Source: Eledone cirrhosa (taxonomy: Eukaryota). From it: a DNA stretch of 64,000 nucleotides. The position numbers were made by a program, and so were the translations under genes. Below, in pieces: positions 41,447 through 55,027 of this stretch. The notes below the pieces were generated by a model, which did not search any database, was not told the DNA's origin, and was given only the letters and a program-made list of their open reading frames with translations. The stretch covers positions 35,526,001 to 35,590,000 of the forward strand of contig OZ024746.1 in NCBI GenBank assembly GCA_964016885.1, written 5' to 3'. Position 1 is the stretch's first letter, and the number at the start of each line of letters is the position of its first letter.

Positions 41447-41449
<3 letters not shown>
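41249..41449 (-). mobile_element. Fold-back element with tail (family G)
   Basis: Perfect palindrome 41315-41449 (axis 41382) plus 66-bp tail; TA-flanked. Confidence 0.9.
41382..41432 (+). ncRNA. Canonical type I hammerhead ribozyme (mirror copy on - strand, 41332-41381)
   Basis: Stem I AGATTC/GAATCT; CTGATGA; short stem II TTCT-AA-AGAA; GAAA; stem III CAG-TTCTAGTC-CTG; GUA triplet. Confidence 0.8.
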
Positions 41450-41492
<43 letters not shown>

Positions 41493-41759
41493 TGTATATA
41501 TATATATTCATACATGTATACATGATTACTTGCGTACATATATGATATTAGATTGTATCTTTGAGAACATCTGTAGCCTGGATATAAAAGCGAGAAAGAG
41601 AGTATTCACCACTGCCGATATCCATATCAACAACGACACTAGCAATGTTTATATGTATATTCAGCACACCATTATTATTCAAATCGCGAGTATTTTCTGC
41701 GAACAATTAATGATAGATTTTACAGATACCTCTCAGAAGAACAAGCGTTTGCGCTTCAT

Positions 41760-42200
41760 GAACAGGAATGAATATTAAGTATCTGATCAAGTTAAAAAAT
41801 AAGGATGGCTCCAAAATTCTTGAAGGGAGAGAAAATATTGATTATCCTTTAGCAGCGTAGTACATATCACTCACAACACAACCAGCAGGTCAAATATGAT
41901 GTTATTTTCGATGAAACATAACAGAACGGCAATCAAAATAAACTTAGACGCCCAAGGGATTTCAATATCATGGCAGTGAAAATAAGAGAACAACAGTGGG
42001 ACATTAATACAGATAATAAAGGTCTTGTATTGTGGTTACAGATTCGCATTTAAGCATAATATCATCGGTGCAATGTAGCAACAGATTTGGATAAACACCT
42101 TAAAATGCAGGGATTAACAGGGAATAACCGAAAACACGGACTCAACTACTCAAAATCAACTTGATTACATTTACAGAGAAGATAAACCAACAATTTTGCT
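41760..42200 (+). pseudogene. Possible highly decayed RLE-LINE C-terminus
   Basis: Fragments such as LIQIIKVLYCGYRFAFKHNIIGA resemble the end of ORF 39081-39557. Confidence 0.25.
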
Positions 42201-42608
42201 CTTGAGTTTCCAGGAATAAACATATATATATGATCACGTAGCAAAAACATATATACATATATACATACCTGAATTAGAATAACAAACATACAGAACTGAT
42301 AAGATATACATCTATACAGATAAATAAAATCATTTTCCACAGAAATGTAATGAACATAGACTATAAATCGTATATATTATAACTCCCATCCCATTTAAAT
42401 CTCTTTACAACCAGAATATCAAATATCGAAATCATAAAAGAGACATAGTACTAACATTATGAACGCACACGACCCACACTCACACGCACACACACACACA
42501 CACACACACGCGCGTATTAACATATGTATTCATTTGTCAGTGCGTTTTAATGTGGGCGTATATATAGATGTATGAAATATATATGATCTCACTCTCTTTC
42601 TCTCTATC

Positions 42609-42829
<221 letters not shown>

Positions 42830-42880
42830 AAGATAAATATATACATAGATAGATAGTTAGATACGTACAACACAACGCAC

Positions 42881-42911
<31 letters not shown>

Positions 42912-43171
42912 TGTGCGTATGTGCGTGTGTGCCTGTGCAAATGTTTGTCATCTTTTGTTTCTGTGTTTGTAGTTTTAAAGATTTGAAGATAAACGTTTGC
43001 AAATATTTTAGAAGCCAATACAGTTTATTTCAGTACACACACATACACACAAACACACACATACATACGCATACATACACACACACATACATACACACCC
43101 ACACATGTCCCACCCTACACACACATATATATATATATATACGTAAAATAACTGTATGCACACATTCGTCT

Positions 43172-43237
<66 letters not shown>

Positions 43238-44079
43238 TTCTGTGTGTGTGTATGCGCGTTTGTGCGTGTGTGTGCGAGTCTGTGTGTTTGTGTGTGTTAT
43301 TTTCTGGTGTATCATTGTGTAATCTCGAATGAGGTAGACACATTGGTGTCAAAAAGGCGTTAAAGTTGGATAAACACAGTCAACTAAAAATGTTACTATC
43401 GTCTAAGAAGTATGATTTATATAAGTTATAGATTTGGATTTGTTTTGATTATATATCATCTTTTCTTAATCACGTTTGTTATACCTATTGAAATATGATA
43501 AGAGGCAGGAAGATGCACAAATATCGAACTACTACTTGAGTTACATAGAAACTTGGTTTCCAATAAGTAGATTAAATATAAGATCTTCCAACTTCCCACT
43601 TCCTTTTCCTACTAACCATACCAAAGAATATTCACACATCCATCCATCACGCTCAAAAATACAGACATAACACACAAACCTGACTAAATGCTTTGAATTA
43701 CATAAAACACGTCAATATCAATTCGTAGAACTCTTAAATAAGCTTCAAACATATATTACTCTTGGGCATAAAATTTATTTTCTACTAGAATTACCGTATA
43801 GTGCCTTTGCACAAACAATATCTTACATCCATTACAGAATATAGTTTTCTATGAGACTCTGTTCTTCAGAATCTAATTAAAAGGACTTAACTTATATATA
43901 CAGGGTAGATCAAACTATCAATGAAGGCCAAAACATCGCTTGGAAAACAAGGCAACAAGAAAAATACACCAGTAACCGTTCTTGAAAATACTGAATAAAA
44001 GAATTCTGGATTGAACGTTTGTCAGACGATATACAATAGTTATGAGACAAAAGAAATCGTTAAGCAGTGACAGTTGTAA

Positions 44080-44222
44080 AAATTGTTCCTACTTTAGGCA
44101 CAAGGCCATCAATTTGAAGAGGAGGGGGAAGTTGATCAAATCGACCCAGTGCATTACTGGTGTATTATTTCATCAACGCCGTAAGGATGAAAGGCAAAGC
44201 TAGCATTGGCGGCATTTGAACT
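44080..44222 (-). mobile_element. Diverged SINE copy
   Basis: Reverse complement of the SINE B-box and core. Confidence 0.75.
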
Positions 44223-44742
44223 CCATCTGTTGTAATGATATAAATGAGTGTGATATCACAGCATGAAATGGTAAATAAAACACAGACATCGCTTATTCAT
44301 TTACAAATCATCATAATACATTTATAAGGAGTAGTTCCCAATTAACAGGTCTTCGAAGACCACTGTGCCTGAATCATCATATCCACACGCACTCTGCACA
44401 CTTTATATATATGTGTTGATAATATTCTGCTTGATTGAATCAACCATTTGCTGTCAAAAAGATAAGTGCTCAGCCGTAGGGCATGACATTAACATAATAC
44501 CTACACTTCCTTAAATATCAAGTATTATACTGAACGATGGCCTTATTAGTCTTAACTAGAAACTCACCATATACATATGCATATATAATAAGGAGTTGAC
44601 GGACGCACCATATTTATCAATGCCAGGACCACTTGTATCTCAGAGTACTCAATATGCAATGTAGTATTCGCTTCAACACAACATACGTAAAACGGGTGCA
44701 TATATATATAATATATATATATATATAATATATATATATATA

Positions 44743-44952
44743 TAGGAGTAAGTAAGACCCCTCGTATGCAAGCCGGTGCGGCTCGCTCTGAGCACTCTAA
44801 TTTTTTCACAGTGAAAATTAGAGTGCTCAGAGCGAGCCGCACCGGCTTGCATACGAGGAGTCTTACTTACTCCTATTACCCACTCTACTACCCTAAGTAT
44901 TGAGTACTTTGGAGCGTTATGGTCCACCTGGTTCCTTACCACTTTTCCCTCG

Positions 44953-44953
<1 letters not shown>
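44743..44953 (+). mobile_element. Fold-back hairpin+tail element, family B variant
   Basis: Hairpin 44743-44875 with a different inner sequence; same tail as family B. Confidence 0.85.
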
Positions 44954-44990
<37 letters not shown>

Positions 44991-47900
44991 CTACATTTTT
45001 TTTCATTAAGTTCCTTCTGTAGACGGGAGATATACCGTTTAGTATATTTAGTGATATATGGGTGACCGTTGCGATAATAGGCTGGGATAATGACTCTAAC
45101 ATAAGCATATCTCTATAGATAGGGAAAGACAGAGAGAAAGCAATTGCATTACTTATTAAGTTGATACAGAATATGTGGCGCTCATCTTTCAGCCCATATT
45201 GATGACACACATTCGGAATTTCCCTTTTTTTTAAAATGTATTTTTCTATCTTGTTTATGTATAGACGAGTCTATGTAAAACTGCTGTGGTGTTGAAATTC
45301 AAACTTAAATATTCCCTTTGGGTCTAATAAAGAAACGATTATTATTTTGATTAACATCAATAGTAGAGGTCACATTAGTAGTAATGAACACAATATTATT
45401 TGCAGCAGTGAGAAGGTACTAGCACGAACATCGAGAAGGCAAACACATATTGAAGATTATACGCCTTCAATTTTAATTAAATCTGATGTTGGTAACCTAA
45501 TTGAGCCTATATTTATAGACAGTGTTAAATACAACCAGTTCCTGATAGCTCGAGGTAGTAGAATACACATACACACACACATGCATAAATATACATACAC
45601 ATACAGAAATACGCAGAGCCATACAAGAAGATTTTTACATATATGAACAACACCATTCATATATTTTAGATATATTTGTTGCTGCAACATCTCAAATACC
45701 TTGTATTACTGTATCACTCAATTCTATTTCATTTTGTCGGTAGGAGGAGGCGTACACACAGACGCTCTTTTTGTTTACATTGTGACTGTACATTTGGGAT
45801 TCGATTTCAGAACGTAAATGGGTGAAAATTAAATATCATGAGTTGTCTTGAGCTATGTTCAGCCATATCTGCCATTATAAGTCTCTAAATGTATTATTGT
45901 CTTTTTTTTAATTAGGTACTTGACTAGTACATTATGCTATTGCTTAAGGTCGGATAAACATCACACTTGACTTCGGTAGGATTTGAACCAGGAATCCAGG
46001 AATAGAGACGGGTGTAAAATAAATGCAAAGCAATTTCTTTGCCACCTCATCTCCAGACTCTTTGTCTAATGTAAAACAAAACAAAAACCCAGCATGATAC
46101 GTAAAGATTGTCTCTCAAAATAATAAAGAGAAAGTTTAAAACATACATTCAATATTTGGGAAATAATTCAAAGCTATGCTTTTATAAGGAAAACTATATT
46201 TTATAAGTTATACAATTATGGAAATATGATAAAAATTAAAAACAAAATTGCTGTATAGTAATGCTGAAGAAAGGACTATAAATGCCATCAATGTGAAGCA
46301 AAAGAGGGAAAGAACAAGGACCATTAGGCAACGGTAGAAGGGGAGCAGGAAAGGGGTAGGGTAACAGACAGTGCGTAGGTCAGGGCGGTGTTTCGGGTAT
46401 AACCCATGGACAAACTGGAAAGTCATTTCTGTGAAGAATGGACAGCGATACCTGCTGCGACAGTCACCTCACCTCATGGGGCGTTCCGATTTTATGCAGA
46501 AGACCGGTTATACGAGATTCGAGCATGCTTGTGATCTCCGCAATTATACCTCGATACAGATGAAATTTTATGATTAAACTTATCACAGAATATACTCAGT
46601 TTCGGCAAGTGTAAAGATATTAATATGTTTTAAAATATCAATTCACAAATTTAATGGTGCAGCTACCGAATTGGTACTGACTATCGATAAATTATAGATA
46701 TATTCTTGGAATTGAGTTTCATGTAGATATTTTGGAATTAGTGTCGATGATCATATCAGCTTGCACATTTTTATGTATTGGAACTGTTTAATTATAAGTT
46801 TACTCTGGAAATAGCTAACACAGTGTATATTAAATCTAAACGAGAACCATGGCCATACCCTGGATCTCGTGCTAATTATAGTAAACTTCACATATTTACA
46901 TAAGCACTGTAAGAATTAGCATATTAAAATACTGCATGCTGATTTTACTACCTACCTCTTTCGTTGACCACATCTCACCTATCAGACAGTGTAACACATT
47001 CACTCCAGCGTTTCAAGACAGAGGGTCACTTATTAAATTTTCATCAGTGGATTGCCCGAGCGTGTATTGGTTTGAGGATAGTTTATCAATCCCGGGTACT
47101 TTGAAAACGTTCTTGCGGACTACTCCCATTTAACAAACTAGTGGAAAAAGAACAAGCCCACATATCGGCAATAATATTCTCACTTTATCTTTATCTTTAT
47201 CCATGTATTTACTTTTCTCTATTTCACCTTTTCCTATATAATTTCCATGCTTTGCAAACCTAATTTTCATATGTTCAACACTTTTAGATTCCGCCACTGA
47301 GAAATATTTCAATTCAATCACTAACGAATAAGACAACAGAAACTGCAAAGTACATATCATCTGTATCTATAATCAGAGCAAGTTGTAAGAAAAGATGTAG
47401 GAAAAAAGTAATGAATATTTTGGCTTCTTTTAAATTCGTTTGCATCGCAGATTTATTCTGAAGGCGTCTTTTAATCTCTGAACTATTTACATTCTTAACC
47501 ATCATCTCATCTAATTTATGTTCTATGTAATTAATAAATTAATCTTCTTAATATATGAAGAATTAGATGCAAGCTAATAATGCCAATTTCATTTGGACAA
47601 ATAATTCTCTATAAGCAGATTTCATTTTTTGTTTGGAATAGAGGCAGATTTAAGATTCCTAACTGGATTTGGAACAGACAAATAGTAACAAAATATTGCT
47701 GGGTTTACATTGTTAAATACCATTCCCAAAGAAAAGGGTCCATGTTCAAAATGGATGTTTCAGTACAAAATAGTTGCCAGTTAACACCAAACCCCAAATA
47801 AAATGAGGTCAATGCATCCAAACTAACCGGGAGCATGTATCGTGCAGTCAGCGGTATGAAACAATTTTAGCATGCTGTTCACTTAGAAAAGACGTGACCA

Positions 47901-48954
47901 TCTCAACTGTTTAGTCTCTTTATCACCACGTACTAATTGCGATGTTGTATTAACTGAACTCGTAGAATCTACATTGATATTATTCATGTTTATCGCCAGA
48001 TTAGCACTAAGAGCTCATAACTTTAATTAATGACTTTGCCAACTAATTTATACAGTCTGTCTAGAACAATGTTAATAAATCCAACGTTCTATTTCTTAAT
48101 TCTGTGATATTTGAGGTAAATTTGATGCCAAATATGTTCAGGGTTAGCTCACATTAGATTATAGAATATCCATAGAATTCACATGATGTTCATTGCAATG
48201 TGGTGTCAAATTTATTTCGGATCACTGGAAAATCTGTGTTGCACCGAATGGAGAATTTTCTATTATCTCTTTAATATAGATAGCTGCAATAAGTACAGTG
48301 TCTCCATTCTGACCTGTTGTGATTCGATAAAAAAGTCAATATATTCTTAAACACAAAATGTTTCGAAAATTACAGTAGTTAGTGAATCAAGAGAAATGAG
48401 GAGACGTCCAATGCTCGTGGTATTGCCTAATAAAAAAAAGTAATGGGGAACAAAACGCAAACTTAATAAAACTATAGGAATATAAATATTCTATACACGT
48501 GTGCCCGTATATGTGAAATGTGTGGCTATTTTATATGAATAATCTATGTGTATGCCATGTGCTTGTGTTAGTATTTGTGGTTGTACGCGTGTGTACGCCT
48601 ATATATATATTTTTTTTCATAAAACTGACTGAGTTAATGTCTATATTTACAAATATTATAGGTTCTGTCTGGTGTTGTTCTGTAATTTAGCAGTGCGACA
48701 CAAACATAGCCATAAAATAATCATTACACTGAAAGATTTACTTAGGTTGATAAACAAGTGGGAATTTTAAAATGATGCAGCAACATGGCAGTAGGTTTGA
48801 GAGGGATGCAAATAATGTAGGGATATAACTCTTCAACCTTTTCACTTTTAAATCACATAGATATAAGCGTGGAGACACAGACCCACACACACACAAACAC
48901 ATATACACGCACACGCACGCACATACACACATATATATATTAATATATGTAGCA

Positions 48955-49062
48955 ATAATTGTTTCTACTTTAGGCACAATGCCAGCAATTAACCAGTGCA
49001 TTACTGGTACTTTATTTTATCGACCCCGTAAGGATGAAAGGCAAAGTCAACCTCGGCGGGAT
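48955..49062 (-). mobile_element. 5'-truncated SINE copy
   Basis: Reverse complement of the SINE core and tail. Confidence 0.85.
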
Positions 49063-49519
49063 GTAACAATAATGAGCTGCTACGACCGCCTCTAAGTCAA
49101 AAACAAGAAAAACATTTTTTCTTCTCTGTTTTTTTCTCTCTCTCGTTTCTTCTTCTTTAAAGCCTCTTGGAATGAGTTTACCATTCTTCCTCTTGTATAT
49201 AGCTATTATGCAATTATACACTTGATGATGCCGCTGAAATATGTTTGTAAAAAACAAAAAAATTCAAGAAATTCAAGATAAAGGTAATATAAAGAATCTT
49301 GTAGCATAATGGAGATGCTATAAAATAGCTTATAGAATAGGGTGAAAACCCTTAATATACCGAGAAAAGGTGGCCGTCTGCGGGTATGAAAAAATTGAAA
49401 CACATATTTGTTGGATTCCAATGTCTGAGAAATATGGGGTCGATGGTAACCTCCTTTACTCTCTTTTAATCGTCTTGAACCTATTTAATAAGCTATTCAC
49501 TGCATCCCCGCACAAAGAG

Positions 49520-49563
<44 letters not shown>

Positions 49564-49578
49564 TAGAGAGAGAGAGAG

Positions 49579-49666
<88 letters not shown>

Positions 49667-49861
49667 TGTCAATCGTGGGATTTATATATTTCTATATCCA
49701 CTCTAAATCTCCCCATGTATCGAGATGTACATAGTTAGTGATCTCTCCAGTCTCAGCACTGCACACACATACATATTCTCTCTCTCTCGCTCTATGTATG
49801 TATGTATGTATGTATGTATGTATGTATGTATGTATATCTATATATATATATATATATCTGT

Positions 49862-50468
49862 GTCAGGTCACCAGTTGGTGCTATTGGTAACATGTATCCC
49901 AGTACAACCTGTCTCATGGTCGGGTCGTTGGCGACTAAACTGGCAACCCCACCAAGGTTTCTTGGTGAGGGGGGTGGCTTTGGACATCCTGCAGGACTAA
50001 AAATAAAACCTGTCAAAAGGCAAAGGGGCTCTTAAGAGTCAATAGCCATCCAAAATCACCGGGGAGATGACCCCTTAGCCTTTGTCAAGGCAGAATTCTA
50101 GGAGAAGGAAAACTCTGATATAACACCTGCAACCCTGATGGTATCCAATGATGTTGAATTGTTCTTATTTTTGGTAAATATCATCTTGGTTAAGAGAGTG
50201 GGACTGGCTTTGTGCAGTGCCTTTGCTCACTATAAAAAAGCTTCACAGCACAGGCATTGCTTTATATCTGGAGATCTCTCTGCACTTGTCGTCACATGGT
50301 ACCATGGGCCCAGCACTATGTGTCAATAATTGTCACAAGTGTAGTGTTTGTACCATAGTTTTCAAGTCGCTGGCTAGACTAAAAAGTCACACTCGTTCAG
50401 CGCATTGGTAGGGGTTCTCCTACATGGATATAAAGTAGTGGCCGTACTCGAAAACGAGTTGGCAGCCA

Positions 50469-50471
<3 letters not shown>
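49862..50471 (+). mobile_element. Longest (~610 bp) family R copy
   Basis: Contains all other copies plus a GC-richer 5' extension; microsatellites on both sides. Confidence 0.85.
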
Positions 50472-50540
<69 letters not shown>

Positions 50541-51104
50541 ATATATATATAAATAAGAGCTTATCGTAAACTAGATTTCTACATGCTAGAACACAGTTTC
50601 ATGTCAAAGAGAACACATTGCCAATGCAATTAGATGTCTTGCATTGGAAGACAATGTGTTGTGCTTACCTCCTGCTTAGTCGGCACATTTTTGAATTATC
50701 AGATTCTAAGAATTATAACAAGGCATATACTAAACATATTTACTTAAAATAGCATCATTTGTTTAAGGCAGACTGAAGATCACTGATAACCACTTGTGAT
50801 CGCCATTGGACCGGAAGCTATGTTACTATTTTAAGTCATCTTTCCGTTTACCTTATATTATTATATTGATTACATTTTAAAACATGAAATATTCTAGAAA
50901 ACATCTTCTGCTATGGATATTGCCTTTGAGGTTTCCAATTTAAAATGCTACGTTTTGTCATAATTCGTTCATATAATTTATCTTGCATGTACTTTACATT
51001 CCTCACTGTTAATCAATGTGTGTGTATCTACATGTAGGTATGTATGCATTCATATATGTTTTGTATATACGTATATATCTATGTTATTATGTATTTATGC
51101 ATGC

Positions 51105-51152
<48 letters not shown>

Positions 51153-51154
<2 letters not shown>

Positions 51155-51312
51155 CGCACCAAAGTACTCACTACTTAGGGTAGTAGAGTGGGTAATAGGA
51201 ACCAGTAAGACCCCGACGGCTGAGCTCAAGCCATTTCGACGGCTAATTCTGGACTAAAATCAGAATTAGCCGTCGAAACGGCTTGAGCTCAGCCGTCGAG
51301 GTCTTACTGGTT

Positions 51313-51316
<4 letters not shown>
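51153..51316 (-). mobile_element. Fold-back hairpin+tail element, family B
   Basis: Hairpin 51196-51316 with shortened tail; TA-flanked. Confidence 0.85.
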
Positions 51317-51347
<31 letters not shown>

Positions 51348-51534
51348 TTACTTGGGTAGGGTCATATTTGTGTAATATTGCCAGAATTAATAACAGAACA
51401 CACTCACGGTGGTTTTCGGTTTTCGCTTCTGTGTCTTTTATATCGGTTAATTTAATTTATTCGGTCCTCAATGTTGCCATTGTCTGACCAACGGTCAAAA
51501 ATACAGATACAATATAGACACAAACACATATATA

Positions 51535-51586
51535 TAGTATATCAAAGATCTTTTGTTGCACATCTGCAACATCGTCAGTGGTGCTA
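51535..51586 (-). ncRNA. Degenerate minimal hammerhead
   Basis: Reverse complement TAGCACCA-CTGACGA-T-GTTGCA-GATG-TGCAAC-AAAA-GATC-TT-TGAT; GAAA reads AAAA and stem I is weak. Confidence 0.45.
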
Positions 51587-51634
51587 TTGTTTTCTCCCGT
51601 TGCATTGTATGTCTACGCCATCTTTATTTAGTCT

Positions 51635-51686
51635 GTTTATATATTTATTTATATATATATTTATTTATTATATATATATATATATT

Positions 51687-51762
<76 letters not shown>

Positions 51763-51950
51763 TTATTTATTATATATATCTATATATATATATATATATT
51801 ATATATATATATATATATATATTATTGTATTTATTATATTATATATATATATATTCATATATTTATTTATTATAAATATATATATATTATACATATATAT
51901 ATTTATTTATTATATATATATATATAATATATATATATATATATTATATA

Positions 51951-52019
<69 letters not shown>

Positions 52020-52155
52020 ATTTATTATATTATATTATATATATTTATTTATTTATTATATTATATTATATATATATATATTATATATATATATATTATC
52101 ATATATATATATTATATATATATATATATTTATTTATTATATATATATATTTATT

Positions 52156-52195
<40 letters not shown>

Positions 52196-52220
52196 TTATT
52201 TATTATATATATATATATAA
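51635..52220. repeat. Degenerate (TA)n/(TTTA)n tract
   Basis: Direct reading. Confidence 0.95.
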
Positions 52221-52643
52221 GAAATACTTAACACATTTCAGTATTATATATATATACCGCTGATACCATCAGACGTCCTTTTTCGTTTCAAATGATTGCA
52301 ATGATAGGAGACAGTTACACAATGAGCATTAGTAAGTCCCAAGGTAAAATACTAGAGGCTGTCGGTCTCGTTCTAGTCTAGGCTGTTTAAAAAAAAAAAT
52401 TAAGAAAAAGGTTTAATATATCGTATATACTGAAGTTCTGTAAATATTTTATGATTTTAATAGAATGCAAGTTTCTATTATTTTCTTACATTCTGTAATT
52501 ATATATGCTACATACATTTAAAAAACTGTGTTGAGCAATATTTAAATATCTTTTCATAGAAGATAGGCATTATGATAGATGGTTTTTAAATAGATTTGAC
52601 AACAATACAGACCGGACCGTAAGCCGGAACGCAGCTTGTATAC

Positions 52644-52965
52644 ATGGGGGCTGCCAACTCGTTTTCGAGTACGGCCACTACTTCATATCCATGTAGGAGA
52701 ACCCCTACCGATGCGCTGAACAAGTGTGACTTTTTAGTCCAGCCAGCGACTGGAAAACTCTGGTACAAACACTACACTTGAGACAATTATTGACACATAG
52801 TGCAGGGCCTATGGTACCATGTGATGACAAGTGCAGAGAGATCTCCAGATATAAAGCAGTGCCTGTGCCGTGAAGCTTTTATAGTGAGCAAAGGCACTGC
52901 ACAAAGCCAGTCCCACTCTCTTAACCAATATGATATTTACCAAAAAGAAGAACCACTCAACATCA
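52644..52965 (-). mobile_element. Family R dispersed repeat, truncated
   Basis: Matches 37867-38190. Confidence 0.85.
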
Positions 52966-52989
52966 TACATACATACACCCCCCCCCCCC

Positions 52990-53022
<33 letters not shown>

Positions 53023-53931
53023 AAAAGGGCGTAATATCATATAATAAACAGAGGTTATAGAGAAAAATAGTCGGTTTGGAAACAACACCGACCTATATTT
53101 AAATAATGTTTGTCTATCTTTTTATTTGATCCGTCCAAGTGGAATTGTTGAAAAAATAAGAAGAATATTTATTTTTAAAGGAATTTATGAAGTATTTAAA
53201 ACATTTAAAATATTACCTTTTTCGACGTAATCCATCTCATCTAATATTACATATTATACACACACACACATCTATATACATAAATATATTTACATTGATG
53301 TGCTTTTATATTTAATGACTTGGTTAAGTGAAAGAATTAGTTTTGTTAAATAAGCAGTTCTTCTATTTAGATACCTGGCAGTGCTGTTCAGAATGTGGAA
53401 TAGGTCTTGAGGAAGTGCTTTCTACACTTAAAGAGAATCAAACACATATATCACTTAATCTAACCATAATTTCTTGCGTTGCCTGGTGACTGGGCGTAGC
53501 TGAAAAAATATGTTTCCCCCGTTGCAGCATGGCTAGAAGTACATGTTCGAGACACCAGTGTGAGAGAAAATGATCAATTGAAGGTAGTTCTCAAAATCAA
53601 GATGCAGTCATCATGTATGTATGTACGTATGTTTGAATGTATGTATATATGTATGTATGTATGCTTGCATCTATATATATATATATATATGCATATATGA
53701 ATGTGTGCGTATGTAAGCATGTATGTATCCGTGTTTTTAAGAAGGTATTTTTTTACAAAATGGAATCTGACGTTATTTTCCAATAGATGCTTTGTTTATT
53801 GTTGGTTTTGTTTTCCGTGTGATTTGTTTACACACAGAGCATTACATGATCGCTCGAGATTGTTTTATATATATTAAGAGTTGGTATCGTAGGTGAATAG
53901 ACAGGCTGTAGCAATAACGTTCTTATTTACG

Positions 53932-53971
<40 letters not shown>

Positions 53972-54620
53972 TTATTGAGGTTTGTTGGTTCACCACTGGA
54001 TATAACTGGTCATTCCGTATGGTCAAACTCGATGTAATATTATGGAGAGCAATCAACGTAATGCAACTCACCCATCTTCGTTTGTGTAGTTGGTGGTGCG
54101 AGTACGGAGTTAATTATTATCGTGACTATCTCTAATACACTTAAACTTTTTCATAAAAGCCTCCTTCTGTAAATTCTTTAACTAAATCTCACAACTTTAA
54201 AACTTATTTTTCTAATTTCATCTTAAATGGCATCTTCTAACTCTAAACATAAATTTAACGTTTCTAATTGTTAATCGTAATTTCTGTCCATACATTATAC
54301 CATGCAGACGCCCACTATTTATTACTATATATAGGTTAGTTAAAGATAGATATTATTTGATAAAATATTTCTCGTGGAACATTCTAGCACGAATGACCAG
54401 CTTGATTGTAACCTGATCTCAACGCTGGCCTCTGTCTTTGGCGTGGTGGTAGTAGTACACTATAAGCCTACGCCCCTTCACCAGATGGACATAAGTAGGC
54501 TTAATAATCACCACATCAGGGCGGTCGACTGGGGTAGAAGCTGCTAAATGTTCGGTCGCCCTCATGTCTTTTGGGCAGCACTATGGATTTTGTCTATTAT
54601 ATTCCTTTGTTATAATTAGA

Positions 54621-54678
54621 ATACCTGATGATGTCACCCGATTCATACTGAACTCGATCATTGAAATGATCACAGTAT
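54621..54678 (+). ncRNA. Degenerate minimal hammerhead near the end of a TA-flanked segment (~53970-54735)
   Basis: ATAC-CTGATGA...GAAA-TGATCA-CA-GTAT; palindromic stem III, but the U16.1 position is C. Confidence 0.5.
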
Positions 54679-54738
54679 AATAAATATTTTAAGGAATTAA
54701 GGAATTAAACCAGTCCAGCCTCCTGATATTTTATAATG

Positions 54739-54810
<72 letters not shown>

Positions 54811-54843
54811 ATATATATATACATTATATATATATATTATATG

Positions 54844-54956
<113 letters not shown>

Positions 54957-54962
54957 CATATT

Positions 54963-55027
54963 TATTTCATTATACATATTTCAAGGACACCAAGTTAAAT
55001 TATGGTGTGCTTTCATCAGATATAATA
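54963..55027 (-). ncRNA. Minimal type I hammerhead at the PLE 3' end
   Basis: CTGATGA-AAGCACACCA...TGGTGTCCTT-GAAATATGTATA; covaries with the 31587 copy. Confidence 0.7.

Noticed and set aside
47003-47052. Minus-strand TCCA-CTGATGA...GAAACGC-TGGA
   Set aside because: No stem II and no UH cleavage site; not TA-flanked; may be chance
49216-49250. TTGATGA-TGCCGCT-GAAATATGTT hammerhead-like string
   Set aside because: U3 with G8 is uncompensated, and stems I and II are marginal
50570-50635. Minus-strand GAAACTGTGTTCTAGCATGTAGAAATCT resembling the family G 3' half
   Set aside because: The core reads TTGGCAA and stems are poor; too degraded to call
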